A DNA stretch of 63,757 bases, filler included, from Octopus bimaculoides (GCF_001194135.2; 6 parts of 5 records of this genome joined end to end with filler, not necessarily neighbours in it), one strand, 5' to 3'. Positions 37,531 through 50,084 are shown, counted from the whole stretch's first letter. Notes: generated by a model from the sequence alone, not told the origin. A program made the numbers and translations.

Positions 37531-37850
37531 GCTCTTAACACATAACACCTTTGAGCAAACAGTTGTGGAGGGAACAAAATGGAGATCATCACTTGAAAAT
37601 GGTATAGGAGACTTTGTTTTAACTAGCATTAAGAGGCTTAGGGCTGCAAGGCAAAGGTGAAAAGCAGCTGCAAATATACTGCCTGCACTGACCCATAACT
37701 CCCATACTTGCAACATCTGTGGGCTTCATTGCAAATTGTTGGCAGGACTCAAATGTCACATTTGACAAAAGTATTATGAATGACAAAGTGTAGGTTGTTG
37801 GATCCTCATACGTCAAAACCGACGGGAGAGTCCATCACATATATAATTGT
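37530..37850 (+). pseudogene. 3' end of an older RTE-like LINE with a C-terminal zinc finger
   Basis: TKWRSSLENG...RLRAARQR*KAAA...HTCNICGLHCKLLAGLKCHI resembles the RTE W...V..G ... C..C.R.C.S.IGL.SH terminus. Confidence 0.6.
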
Positions 37851-38808
37851 GAATGGATGTCCATATCACACAAGCAGTGTAATATGGACTCTACAAAACA
37901 TGTCAAACCATGATGAAATATTACATTACCTTACTTGAAAACAGGTGAGGGTCAGTGAAAGGAAGGGTATCTGACCACAGAAAAATCTACCTAAATAAAT
38001 GCCATCTAACCCAAGTATGCATGGAAAAGTCAGTATTAAAATGAAGATAAGGATGGTGCTTAAATATTGCAAGAGATGTGACAAATTACTCAGGTCTAAT
38101 AGAGTGAATGACAAATTTAATTCCAAGTTGATATATTTCATGTTGCTTCAGTCCATTCAGCGGGTTAAAATGAGTAGTACATGTATTTCAAAGGGCTGAC
38201 CTTGTCACATTCTATGTAAAGGAAAGATTAACCTTTCTACGGCCACCATGTTTTACCAAAACACACATCCCAGAGACTAATATAATACTTTCTTAAACAT
38301 ATATGGCTCTCTGTTAGATACGATGACAAGTATTTCAGTTGAACTGACCAATGGAACAGCCTGATCCTGAAATTAACATGCAAGTGGCTGAGCACTCCAC
38401 AGACATGTGTACCCTTAAGATAGTTCTCAGGAAGGTTCAACATTACACAGGATGTGACATGGCTGGCCCTTTGAAATACATGTACTATTCATTTTTGCCA
38501 GCTGAGTGGACAGAAGCAACATGAAATAAAGTGGCTTGCTCAAGGACACAATGTGCTGTCGGGAATCAACCTCGCAATCATGAGACAAATACCCTAACCA
38601 CTCAGCCACGCCTTCACAAATACACACACGTGTGTGTGTATCTAAGTACATGCGTGTGTATCATCAACATCATCATTGTTTTAACATCTACTTTTACCAT
38701 ATTTGCATGAGACAGAATTCATTGAGGCAGCTGTTTTATGGGTAGATTCCCTGTTGCCAACCCTTGCTTAATTCCCAGAAAACTAATACAGCCCCTATGA
38801 TTGGACAT

Positions 38809-38875
<67 letters not shown>

Positions 38876-39279
38876 TGAGTGTAAATGTGTCTTAACAGCA
38901 GGTAATGGTCGTAAACAAGTGTCACTGTCGTACGTGCGGTGTTGTATATTTCTGATCTTCCATGTAAATATGTCTTACTTTGGGAAAATATTACTTCACT
39001 TAGTAATAGGTGACGGTTGGCAACCGGAAGGAAATCTAGCCGTACAAAATCTGCCTCAGACTCTGCACAACCCACAAAAGCATGGTGAGATGGACATTAA
39101 AATGATGTCAATGTGTCAATATGTGTTCGGCTGTGTGTCTGTGTATACATATATAATTAATAGCTACAAAAGTAGTATTAATACCAAAAGATAATCTTGA
39201 TCTCCAACATAATGTAGAAGTTGTGTTAGACTACAAAATACTGTGTCATTCATCTTGAGAGGATCTCTCATAAGGACTC

Positions 39280-40595
39280 ATCATTATTATCATCATCATT
39301 TAACGTCCGCTTTCCATGCTAGCATGGGTTGGACGATTTGACTGAGGACTGGTGAAACCAGATGGCTACACCAGGCTCCAATCTGATTTGGCAGAGTTTC
39401 TACAGCTGGATGCCCTTCCTAATGCCAACCACTCAGAGAGTGTAGTGGGTGCTTTTATATGCCACCAGCACGAAGGCCAGTCAGGCGGGTACTTGGCAAC
39501 GGCCACGCTCAAAATGGTGTATTTTATGTTCCGCCCACACAAGAGCCAGTCCAAGGGCACTGGCAACGATCTCGCTCGAAAATCCTTACACATGTAACGG
39601 GCACAAGTGCCAGAAAGGCGACGCTGGGCACAGGTGCCATCCCGATTTTGCTTTCGCTTGCCCCAATAAGTCTTCACAAGCTGAGTTTCATGTCCAATGA
39701 AGGAGACGACGTTGGCATGGGTGCCAGTCGTCGAATTTAGTTCGATTTCGATTTCACTTGCCTCCGCAAGCGGAGTTTAGTGTCCATTGACGGAAAGGTA
39801 CGCATAAGTGGGCTGGCTATACCCCTGGCAGAGGCCTTGAATTTAGGTCTCACTTGGCTTGCTGGGTCTTCTCACACACAGCATATTTCCAAAGGTCTCG
39901 GTCAGAAGTCATCGCCTCGGTGAGGCCCAATGTTTGAAGGTCTTGCCTCACCACCTCAGCCCAGGTCTTCCTGGGCCTACCTCTTCCACGGGTTCCCTCA
40001 ACTGTTAGGGCGTGGCACTTTTTCATGCAGCTATCCTCGTCCATTCTCGCCACATGTCCATACCAGCGCAATCGTCTNNNNNNNNNNNNNNNNNNNNNNN
40101 NNNNNNNNNNNNNNNNNNNNNNNNNNNNNNNNNNNNNNNNNNNNNNNNNNNNNNNNNNNNNNNNNNNNNNNNNNNNNNNNNNNNNNNNNNNNNNNNNNNN
40201 NNNNNNNNNNNNNNGCCATGTAGCATGGCTGTTCGTACACATGCGTCATACAGTCTGCCTTTTACTCTGAGTGAGAGTCCCTTTGTCGCCAGCAGAGGTA
40301 AGAGCTCTCTGAACTTTGCCCAGGCTATTCTTATTCTAGCAGCTACACTTTCAGCGCACCCTCCCCCACTACTAACTTGGTCACCCAGATAGCGGAAGTT
40401 ATCTGCCACATAAAAAAACTAACTTCCTAGTTAACCTGACTTTGATATTGCTGCACCTCTTATGTGTCCCAAGCTTGCACTGGGTACATCTTATAGAGTT
40501 ACTACCTACACCTTTTCTACATATTGAGCAGGGCCATCTACCTGAAGGGGTTTGTGTTTTATCTACCTTCCTACTTATTAGGACTTTGATTTTAG
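39280..40595 (-). mobile_element. 5'-truncated young RTE-clade LINE (RT C-terminus + 3' UTR + GAT tail), with a gap
   Basis: FRYLGDQVSSGGGCAESVAARIRIAWAKFRELLPLL...RRLRWYGHVARM...EGTRGRGRPRKTW are RTE RT/thumb motifs. Cys/His finger upstream (ORF 40399..40608). Confidence 0.95.
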
Positions 40596-41297
40596 TGCAT
40601 AAAAGCATTCATAATTAGACAGACACACACACACACACATATATCCGATATAAATAATTGGGAGAGAAAACAATCTACGTGATGCATAAAATATTTATGT
40701 ATATGTTTAATAAATAATGTTTATGTGTGTGTACACACAACTGTAATTTTCAAACAATCGTAGCCAAATTAATGATATCACACACACATGCATAAATACA
40801 TAAAATTATATGTGTCTATTAATAAAACAGAATTAATCACATCCAAGTAAAAACTCTGCAATGAATGCAAAGTTAAATTATTTATTCAATTAACACACAC
40901 ATATCATCATCATTTAACGTCCATCATCCATGCTGGTATAGGTTGAACAGTTTTACATGTGCCGCTAAACCAAAGGATTGCACCAAATTCCAGTCTGTTT
41001 TGACATGGGTTTTTAAAGCTGGATGCCTTTCCTAACAGTAATCGCTTTACAGAAGGGAAAGTGCTTTTTACATGACACCATCACTGGTAAGGTCACCAAG
41101 TAACTTGCAAGACAAAGATCCCCTAATTGAGAGGGAAAGTGGTGTTGAGGGAGGTGGCCTTGTGCCAGGAGATGAGAGGTTAGCTACAGTATGACAGAGG
41201 GACAGAAACAGGTGTCTTGCTGTAGAGGAGATACATGGTTACTGCAATCAGAGGGAGAGAGCAAGCAAGAGAGAGAGAGAATAATTTATAGTCATAC

Positions 41298-41351
41298 CAA
41301 TTTAGCTGCAAAAACCGTATTTTCTGACAGAAAGCCATAACCAGGATGGAC
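41298..41351 (-). CDS. PCCA: PCCA exon (VHPGYGFLSENTVFAAKL)
   Basis: 54 nt, phase 0-0, tttcAG...GTatga. Invariant HPGYGFLSEN motif. Confidence 0.96.
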
Positions 41352-41444
41352 CTGAAATAAACAAATACGAAAATTAATCAACAATAACTGATTACAATCT
41401 TTAAACATTAACATAATTATTAAATGCATGTCAACAGAAACTGA

Positions 41445-42547
41445 TAAAGCAGTGAGTTGGCAGAATCATTAGCATGTTGGACAAAATGGCATTTTGTTTA
41501 TCTCTATGTTCTGAGTTCAAATTCTGCTGAGGTCCACTTTGCCTTTCATCCTTTCAGGATTGATAAAATACCACTTCAGCAGTGGAGTCAATTTAGTCAA
41601 CTTATCCCCTCCTTTGAACTTGCTGGCCTTGTGCCAAAATTTGAAACCAATATCATTATCATCATCAACATCATTAAGTGTGGTGGATTGATAGAATCAT
41701 TACAACATTGGTAAAAATACCTTGCAATATTTCTTCCAGCTCTTTACTTCCTGACTTTAGATCTTATCAGGGTCAACTCTGCCCTTAAGGTTGTGGACTA
41801 GAATTTTTAGCTTTGGACAAAATAGTTAACTACATTTCTCTTTTAGTTCTTTACATTCCAAGTTCAAATACTGTCATGGTTAACATTGCTTTTCATCCTT
41901 TCAGGGCTAATGGTATCAACTAAACCCCTCTCACTAAAACTTCTAGCTTTGTGCCAAAATCCACTAAGGCAAAGGTATTGTTTGCAGTCATGTTTGTTTG
42001 TTTGTTTGTCTGTGGACACGATAACCAAGAACCACTGCATGGATTCAAATGAAACTTTCATGAATGTTTGGCCTCATGACTGGCATGAACTGATTAGATT
42101 TGGGGATTGATCTAGTACCAGACAAGGATTCTGGATTATTTGTTTATATTTATTTTACATGATTACAATCTTATGTTAACTTTCAAGTCTTTCTCAATTA
42201 TCTCCCTTTAGGCTGTAACTATTTTGAATGGTGAATTTAACTTTGGCTTGTATTAGATAAGGATAAACTATTTATTACTGTTACTAAATTTTCTACAGCC
42301 ACCTTTACATTCCATAACTACCACTGGGATCAATCAGGTACCAGACAAGGATTCTAGATTATTTTTCTGATTTTTTTACTTAATTTTTGAGAGCAATCAG
42401 GTTCGTTTTTAGTATTCTCGTTTGTAAGAACAATCAAGTTTATTTCAGATATTCTCATTTCAAAAATCATCTCTGGCTAATAATTGGGACGACATTGGTG
42501 TTGCCTTGGCAGAGGTTTGTGCTCTCTGAGTGCTCTTGTTATTATTA

Positions 42548-42584
<37 letters not shown>

Positions 42585-42815
42585 GGCGGCAAGCTGGCAG
42601 AATCATTAGCATGCTGGGTAAAATGCTTAGTGGCATTTCATCCATCTTTACATTCTGAGTTCAAATTCCAGTGAGGTCAACTTCGCCTTTCATCCTTTCA
42701 AAGTCGAAATAAGTACCAGTTAAGTGCTGGGGTCAATGTAATCAGCTAGTCCCCTTCCTCAAATTGTCAGGCCCTGTCCCTATAGTAGAAAGGACTATTA
42801 TTATTATCATTATTA
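41445..42815 (+). mobile_element. Further SINE family C copies (about 41445-41960 x3, 42580-42815), flanking the Helentron-like insert
   Basis: ggcagaatcattagcatg...gagttcaaattc...ggtcaact..gcctttcatcc motifs. Confidence 0.8.
41961..42540 (+). mobile_element. Non-autonomous Helentron/DINE-1-like element (HINE)
   Basis: Subterminal IR ccactaagg / ccttggcag, internal (GTTT)n, internal direct repeat gtaccagacaaggattct.gattattt (about 42112 and 42338), and a 3' stem-loop cagag...ctctg. Layout matches known DINE-1/HINE elements. Confidence 0.6.
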
Positions 42816-43067
42816 TCATTTACAATGTTTCATATAGAAAGAAAACAAAGAGTGATAGGTTGTTGTAAGACAAAAAGAAAAACAGTTGAAAGAGGAGAAC
42901 AGAGTGGGGGATAAGAGAGCAGAGGAAGAAGAGAAGAGGGAGTGAGAAAAAGGAGAGAGAAAAGAAGGAATGAAGAAGAGAAAGTGAAGAGAAGAAAGAG
43001 TGAGAATGAGAGAGATCGGGATAACAAAACAAGAGAGATAGAGGTAGGAAGACAAGACAACACTTAC

Positions 43068-43181
43068 GGCTTGAGCTCCTGTATCTTTGACAGCTTTCAA
43101 AATGGCATCCATGTCAAGATAACTTTGATTGGTTGGCGCTGGCCCTATACACACAGCTTCATCTGCTAGTTGGGCATGTAG
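43068..43181 (-). CDS. PCCA: PCCA exon ([38 protein letters not shown])
   Basis: 114 nt, phase 0-0, caaaAG...GTaagt. [14 protein letters not shown] motif; overlaps ORF 42816..43154. Confidence 0.97.
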
Positions 43182-43269
43182 CTTTTGTAGAAATAAAACA
43201 ACAGTTTACTTAGATGCATACAACTCAATAGATAAATTTAAGATAATGTTTTGGGTTTTTCTTTTTTTT

Positions 43270-44172
43270 TCCATATTACTCTGTCAAATGTAATGACTAT
43301 TTATTCATATTATTTTGAATTAATCATGCATTATCTCACAGTTTCAAGATTTCAATGACATGACTGTTTATTTTTAGAATAACATAGCAGGGTAGGTGTG
43401 AGAGGCTGGATCTGGCTGTAGAATACTGGATATGTTGGTTTAAATGCTAAATGCTGAAGACACTGCAAGTGCGAGGTGCCAACTATCTTAAGCAATTAAA
43501 TAAAATGTTTTTAGTAATCAGTTTTGCCTCTCGTACACACTAGGAGAACAACAGTTAAGTAAAATAAGCAAATATAATCATTCATCAAAAGGTGCTTGTG
43601 TAGTATACTTAAAATCAGATGGCCCGAACACATAAGCAATATGGAGCTATGGCAAAGAATGAATCAAGTTCCGATTAGGGAGCAAATATTTAAGAAAAGT
43701 GAAAGTGGATTGGTAGCACAATTAGAAAAGACACACCAAATGCAGCGAAAAGCGCTTTACAGTGGAATCTGGATGGATATAGAAAGAGGGGTAGGCCTAA
43801 GAACTCGTGGCGTAGATCAACACAAAAGGAACTAGAGAAAGGGGGACATTCATGACAGAGTATATGTATAGAAACGAAAAATTATGCAACATGGAATTCA
43901 ATTATAAGTGGCCTATACTCCACGTTGGAGGGTTAAAGGCAAGAAGAAGACATACTAAGTTCAAACTAAAGTTGACTTGACCTTTAGCCCAGCCATATCT
44001 GGCCCACCTGCCAGACTTGGCTTCTCACACCTACCCTACAATGTCACTCTGAAAATAAATAATCATAGCATAAAAAATCTTGAAGTTACAAGATAATACA
44101 TGATTAATTCAAAATGCTGTAAATAAAGAAGCATAACATTTGATAAAGTAATAAAGATGCTAAAGGGTTAAA
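43270..44172. mobile_element. Two ~190-bp piggyBac-like MITE copies in inverted orientation (43270-43460, 43980-44172) around an RTE fragment
   Basis: The right copy ends ctaaagggTTAA. The left copy is its reverse complement (tattttgaattaatcatg...gtagggtaggtgtgaga). Another partial copy at about 63110-63220. Confidence 0.7.
43585..43880 (+). pseudogene. RTE-like LINE RT C-terminal fragment
   Basis: CSILKIRWPEHISNMELWQRMNQVPIREQI, then (frameshift) ALQWNLDGYRKRGRPKNSWRRS. Confidence 0.85.
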
Positions 44173-44334
44173 TCTCTTTCATCAGTATTGGAGTTAATCA
44201 ACTATACCCCTTTATCCCTTTCCTACAAACCTGTGGTCATGTGCTACCGTAAGATATCATCTGGGAGTACCCACTCCTGTTATTGACAGCAATAAATGGT
44301 GCTTTTTACAGCAACATGAACAGATGTCCCCCCA

Positions 44335-44525
44335 CCATCGCTTGATAACCAATGCTGGTGTGTTTACGTCCCCATAACTTAGCGGTTCGGCAAAAGAGAC
44401 CGATAGAATAAGTACTAGGCTTCCAAAGAATAAGTCCTGGTGTCGATTTGCTCGTCTAAAGGTGGTGCTCCAGCATGGCCACAGTCAAATGACTGAAACA
44501 AGTAAAAGAGTAAAAGAGAGTAAAG
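44335..44525 (+). mobile_element. SINE family A 3' half
   Basis: catcgcttgataacc...cggcaaaagagaccgatagaataagtactagg...aatgactgaaacaagtaaaagag. Similar halves at 8925-9115(-), 12420-12650(-) and 56150-56345(+). Confidence 0.88.
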
Positions 44526-45559
44526 AGTAATACAGATAACATGTGTGGATAATGATGAAATATGTTGTTTTTTTTTCCTTCTTTGTAATGATTTATTGAG
44601 AGGATGAAAGGCAGAACCCTTGACTTATTTCATGACCTTTCCAAGAATGGTAAGAGGATGGGAAAAAGTTATGCTTAGACGGGAGGTCCAGCCTAAAAGA
44701 CTACAACACCTTGGAGTCTGTTAAAAGCACTCTGGATTCAGGTAGTGTGTTAAAACTGGGTGATGGCTTAAGTTTACCACCCAGGAACAGAAACAGTACC
44801 TTTGACAGCCTTTCATGAAGTTTGAAAATAAAAAAACTAGGTCTTTACCCATCACTACACTGCTTGTAAAAATATTTGTTAATCATGCATGTACCATCTT
44901 TTAATAGTAGACTGTTATATTGTGAAAGTCTCGTTAGTTGTCACTATGGTGACAACAGTCTACCTATGTATCTTCCACACACACACTTTTTCTCTCTCTT
45001 TTTTTTCAACAACCTATCATTATAGTGAAAGCTTTTTCTTAGGTGTGGCACTGTCTCTCTGTTGAAAGACAGAGGCAGAAACACACACACACACAAAGAA
45101 CTAAAAAAAAAACCTGTGACATGTTTTAATACCTCCCCTTCTTTCCCTCCCTCTAATATATATTCAGACAGACAGAACCACTTCTCCTTTATAATATAAG
45201 ATTTATTAAAATATGTCATTATTAATCAGGTGTTTGCAGCATGAAATTTTGAAGGTTTTAATTTTGATCACTTTAAAATGAGAAATTTGTATCATAGACT
45301 CAAGGGTGGTCTTAGGCAGGTTGGTATCAAAAGGTATAAGAGTTGACAAAACTGAATCACAAACCAACCAACCACAGCAAGTTTCAGGTGGCTTGGTATC
45401 AAAACAGTTAACTTCGTTTTTTATAAAATCAAAAACTAAGGGGTAAATCTGTTTTAGACAGATTAAGTAGTTCATCACATGCAATTTTTCTGGGCACAAT
45501 ATAATCTTATATGCTATGTATTGTTAAGAAAGGGAAAAAAAAAGCAGAAAACATTTTAC

Positions 45560-45676
45560 CGCCATTGAGTCAATGTCACTGTGAACAGCCACAGTCTTGA
45601 TGTTCAGGCGACGACATGTGTTGATCACTCTCACGGCAATTTCACCACGGTTTGCTATCAAAATTTTATCGAATTT
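45560..45676 (-). CDS. PCCA: PCCA exon, biotin carboxylase N-terminus ([39 protein letters not shown])
   Basis: 117 nt, phase 0-0, ttttacAG...GTaaaa. Contains the hallmark [11 protein letters not shown] motif of biotin carboxylases. Missed by the ORF track. Confidence 0.97.
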
Positions 45677-47344
45677 CTGTAAAAGAAAAATTTGTTTATC
45701 ATAGTCATCATCATCATCATTTTAAAGTCCATTGCATGAGTCAGTCAGAATTTGGTGGTGTACACTTTCTACAGCTGGATGTCCTTCTTGTCATCCACCA
45801 TCATCTGTTTCTAAGCAAGATAATATTTCCCCATGACTGGACATGATTTTAGGGAGGAATGGAAGAAATGAGAGACTCCGCTTGTTTGACAATTTGTAAT
45901 CATTTATCAAGACAAGGAGAGAGACACAGACACAACAGACTTTATTCAGTTTCCACTAGCAAATCAACTCACAAGGCTTTGGTCAGTCCAGGACTATAAT
46001 AATAAACACTTGGCTAAAGTGTCACGCAGTGGGACTGAACCTGAAATCATATGGTTGGGAATTGAACTGCTTAACCACACAGCCATGCTCACATCTAGAA
46101 GTGTAATTTATGTAGATTTATATTGAAATTTTCATAGCATTAATAAAAAACACAATAGCAAAACAGATTTTTAAAATTGTTTTACATCACTTTCCTATGG
46201 AGAAATTTGTTTTTACAACTCTTCCTACAACTATGGAAGTTATTTTCTATTTATTTAATGAAGCAGAATTAAGCCTTTTTCATGCAGTAAAACAAAAACC
46301 AAGATATACATACAAAGGGAGAAATAATTTTAGAGGAAAAATTATTTATATTTTGGTGGGTATTATTAATTAGCTTTGATCAATTAACATTAAGAATAGG
46401 CACAGGCATGACTGTGTGCAGTTTGCTCCCCAACTATGTGGTCTCGGGTTCACCCCTACTGTGTGGCACCTTGGGCAAGTGTCTTTTACTAAAGGCCCAG
46501 GCTGACCAAAGCCTTGAGACTAGATTTGGTAAGCAGAAATGAAAGAAGCCCCCACCCCACCTCATGTGTATGTGTTCCCTTGTGTTGACTTCAGATGATG
46601 GTTGTAAATAAGTATCAATGCCATACAGGCAATGTTGTGCATTTCTAGTCTTCTGTGAAAACATGTCTGACCATGAGGAAATACTACCTTGCTTGGAAAC
46701 AGGTGAGGATTGGCAACAGGAAAGGCATCCAGCCATAGAAAATCTACCTCAACAAATTCTATCTGAAAACTGGATGTTAAATGATGATGAAAAGCTATAG
46801 AACATAGTCAGCCAAACAATTACATCATTCAGAGATAAAATACACTAAATATACCATATCTCCACTGAGTTGAAGATGATACTATCTACCCTGGACATAA
46901 TGCATTTTCTCTATTTAATCTGTCGCTAAAGATAAACTACAATAAAACAGTTATTTGGTAATGCATTAATTTACATTACTGCAATATATCAGCGTGTTTA
47001 TCTAGTTTCAGCAGAAAAGGCAGTGTTCTTAAAATGGTGTTGTAACAGTATTTTGAACAATTGTAAATTTGTCTGGACAGAGTGAAAGAAAATATTCTTA
47101 AGAGCATGTTGTAATAGAGTTCTTAAGATATACAGAGTGACAGAATTTTACATAGTGCCTCCATTCTTTTAGTACCTGGTAAGAGTGATTCTATCCTTCT
47201 GTAGTGTAGCAGCATTAGCAGAGTTCATTTCTAAAGAGTTAAGGTTTATAGATAGAGAGAAAAAATGTTAAACCACATTAAGTTCATGTAGGAAGAATTT
47301 GATAATCCTTTGAACAATGTTGACAACTTTATTTCCATACTCAC

Positions 47345-47443
47345 CATTTCATTTTTGTCAAATGCATCGTTCCAATAGATATCTTTGGAAAGTTGAGATG
47401 CAGAATTTGTGGTGCAAAGGCATCTTGTAGAGTTTCTGTAAAT
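47345..47443 (-). CDS. PCCA: PCCA coding exon, end of transit peptide / start of mature protein (IYRNSTRCLCTTNSASQLSKDIYWNDAFDKNEM)
   Basis: Open frame between tttcAG and GTgagt. It ends in phase 0 and joins the next exon to give FDKNEM|KFDKIL, matching vertebrate YDPNEK|TFDKIL (recalled). An alternative acceptor 8 nt inside (47435) is possible. Confidence 0.75.
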
Positions 47444-48924
47444 CTGAAATATTTCAACAAGAGAACTACATTCAGAGAAGAAAGCAACAAAGAACTGGTC
47501 AAATCAAAAAGTACAAATCATGGAAGTAACAACACCAAGAATCAAAGGAAATTTATATAAAACTGAGTGATATCTGAACCACAGACAACTGAAATGAGAA
47601 AGCATCAGACAAACAACAAAATGTTCAATAGTTCACAAGTCATCAGCCCCTAACTGCATCAATAATAAAAGTAATTATTTCCTTGAATCCTAGTCCACTT
47701 AGCTACAAAAAAGTACCACATAGTTGTATTGCTCATACTAAAATTAACCAAGTGTTTTGTTGGTTTGCAATGTGAAGTTCAACTCTTCCTGTCAGTGGTT
47801 GTCATTCAGCAGTGTTGGTTCCCTACTCGTATCGCATGTGTGTGGGGGGTGTAAAAAAAGGTGCACAGTTATGACTGTGTAATTAAGAAGATTGCTTTAT
47901 TTCAGATTCAGTCCCACTGCAACAGCATCTTGAGCATGCGTCTTGTATTATACTTAGAGGCTGACCAATGCTTTGTGATTGAATATGGTAAAAACAAATT
48001 GTATAAAGCCTACCATGCAAAGATGGGTTGGGTGGTTAATGCTTACATTCTGTACTATGCATGAAAAATTCTAGAGCTACAGATGGAGATGATGTTTGTG
48101 ATATTTCCCTGTCAACAAATTTAGTAGCTCTTCACTTTCAAAGACAAGTGAAATGAAAACTCCCATACTTAAAAGCAGATAAAATTTAATAACAAAAACA
48201 GCATCCATTTGTAAAACAATGGCTTAATAATAAGTATTCATCTAACCTATGTAACAAATGAGCAATACATATGAACTTTGGTAACTGCTACATCCATTTT
48301 TCCATATCAACATGGATTAGACAAATACAATATTGAGGTTTTATTTTAAAGAGATCATGTCACTACGTAGAAGTTCCCCTCACTGGTTGCTGTTAGTGTA
48401 GGCATTTGAGCTACTCTCTCTCTCCCCTCCATTTCAAGGATCAAATTCATTATCAAGTTCATTGCCATCACAAAACAAAGAACCAAAATGATATTGCTAT
48501 TCACAATGTCTTTTCTAATGTCTACAATGATCTTACATAGTTCTGTACAGTGAACTTGCAACGATTGCTATCAGTTTGTCTGGAATATTAGAGTGCTTAA
48601 GCACCATTTCTATGAGCTTCTCTTATACTGTTCCATCAACATAGCAGCCCAAATCTAGTAAAATGACGGTCAAATCAAGCTAAGGTCAACTTTCCATTTC
48701 ATCCTTCATGAGTCAACAGAGTAAAGTATCAGTCATATACTAGGGTCAATCTATATAGGCTCCAATACTTGACTAAACTACAATACAGATGTTAGTGGAA
48801 TTGTAAAAGAAGAAAACTTTCACCTTAATTACTGGACTTTTCATAACTGAACCATTCTGGAATTCCACCCATCTGGACTGCCATATAATCATACTTATTC
48901 TTCCTACAAGCAGTTATACAAAGT

Positions 48925-49520
48925 ACATTCAAAAAGTATCTAACCTTATTTTTTTCCCGCCAAAACTAATGCCGCACAAGCAAAATCGTTTGGGTGGGAG
49001 GTGATGCTACCCATCTTGCACATGCATGAACATTTTTGTGCTGGCAAGCTGCGTCAGTTCCCAGCTGTTATGCCTAGAGTACAGACATGTAGTGTGCATT
49101 CGTCAGATTTTCATTTTCACTGAAAACATCAAGCACAGATATTGCATAAAGTTTTACTAAAAGTTTGGTGATACTCAAGCTCAAACCATTCAGAACAGTC
49201 AGCAGGCCTTTGGCAATGATGCCATGGGCAAAATTCAGGTCAAGGAGTGGTACAGCCGCTTTAAACATAGCCATACCTCAATGGAGAGCAAGGCATGCTC
49301 AAGCAGTACATCTATAGGCCAAAACAAGGAACCAATTGAGAGAGTTCGGCAAATAGTCATGAAAGACCGTCATGAAACCATCCAGGAAATTGCTCAAGAA
49401 GTGGGAATAAGCATGGATCAGTGCATTCCATTTAAATGGAGGATTTGTGCATGCAGAGAGTGTCTGTAAAATTTGTCCCAAGGTGCTGGTAGAGCAGCAG
49501 AACAAAAATCTGACAAGCAT
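48925..49520 (+). mobile_element. Second mariner lineage, N-terminal transposase remnant
   Basis: CIKF..KFGDT...QAFGNDAMGKIQVKEWYSRFK...VRQIVMKDRHETIQEIAQEVGIS...RVSVKFVPKVL (mariner HTH + WVP-like motif). Confidence 0.88.
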
Positions 49521-50084
49521 GCATTATACAATACAGCAAAAATCAGAAAATCAGAGAAGCTTGCGTGTGCAATCTGTGCTTTTTTTTTGTGGGGTGGGGA
49601 TAATACAAACCTCAACAAATGACAAATCAACTATCAAGTACTAACACAAAAAAAAAAGAATAAAAACCAATGTGAACATATATGTGGTCATTCAACATGC
49701 TAAAAATAGCAGTCAAATCTCCCTAAAATTATGCTCTGCCATTTTGAAAATAGAACACAAGATCTGAAAATAAGACTTGATGGTCATGATCAGATGACCA
49801 GATTTCCCTTCATCATAGGTCTTCTCATTCAGAGCTCACCTAGAGTAGAAAGAACGAGTAATCAAACTACAGGTTTAAAAAAAAATAAATAAAAAACAGA
49901 CTCTGAGGGAATTAATGTTGGTCTTCATTAGCAAACATTAGTTTGGATAAGTTTAAATCTAATGTTTTAGGCTTTGTTTACTAATCTAAGAAACAGTAGT
50001 GGCTACTACTGCTTGCTACATGTAATAACATCAGCAATACAAAACAATGAGCACAAGCTGACCAAGTAAGACCATCATAGGACT

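Noticed and set aside
46124-46140. AMK-like codons as the PCCA biotin-attachment exon
   Set aside because: Reads AMKI in an AT-rich intron, upstream of the BC exons; wrong position and no flanking similarity.
47176-47230. 55-nt AG/GT-bounded segment in a PCCA intron (LEMN-like start)
   Set aside because: In-frame TGA in phase 0, incompatible phase with the next exon, and no similarity beyond 4 residues to the EMNTRLQ exon. At most a cryptic poison exon.
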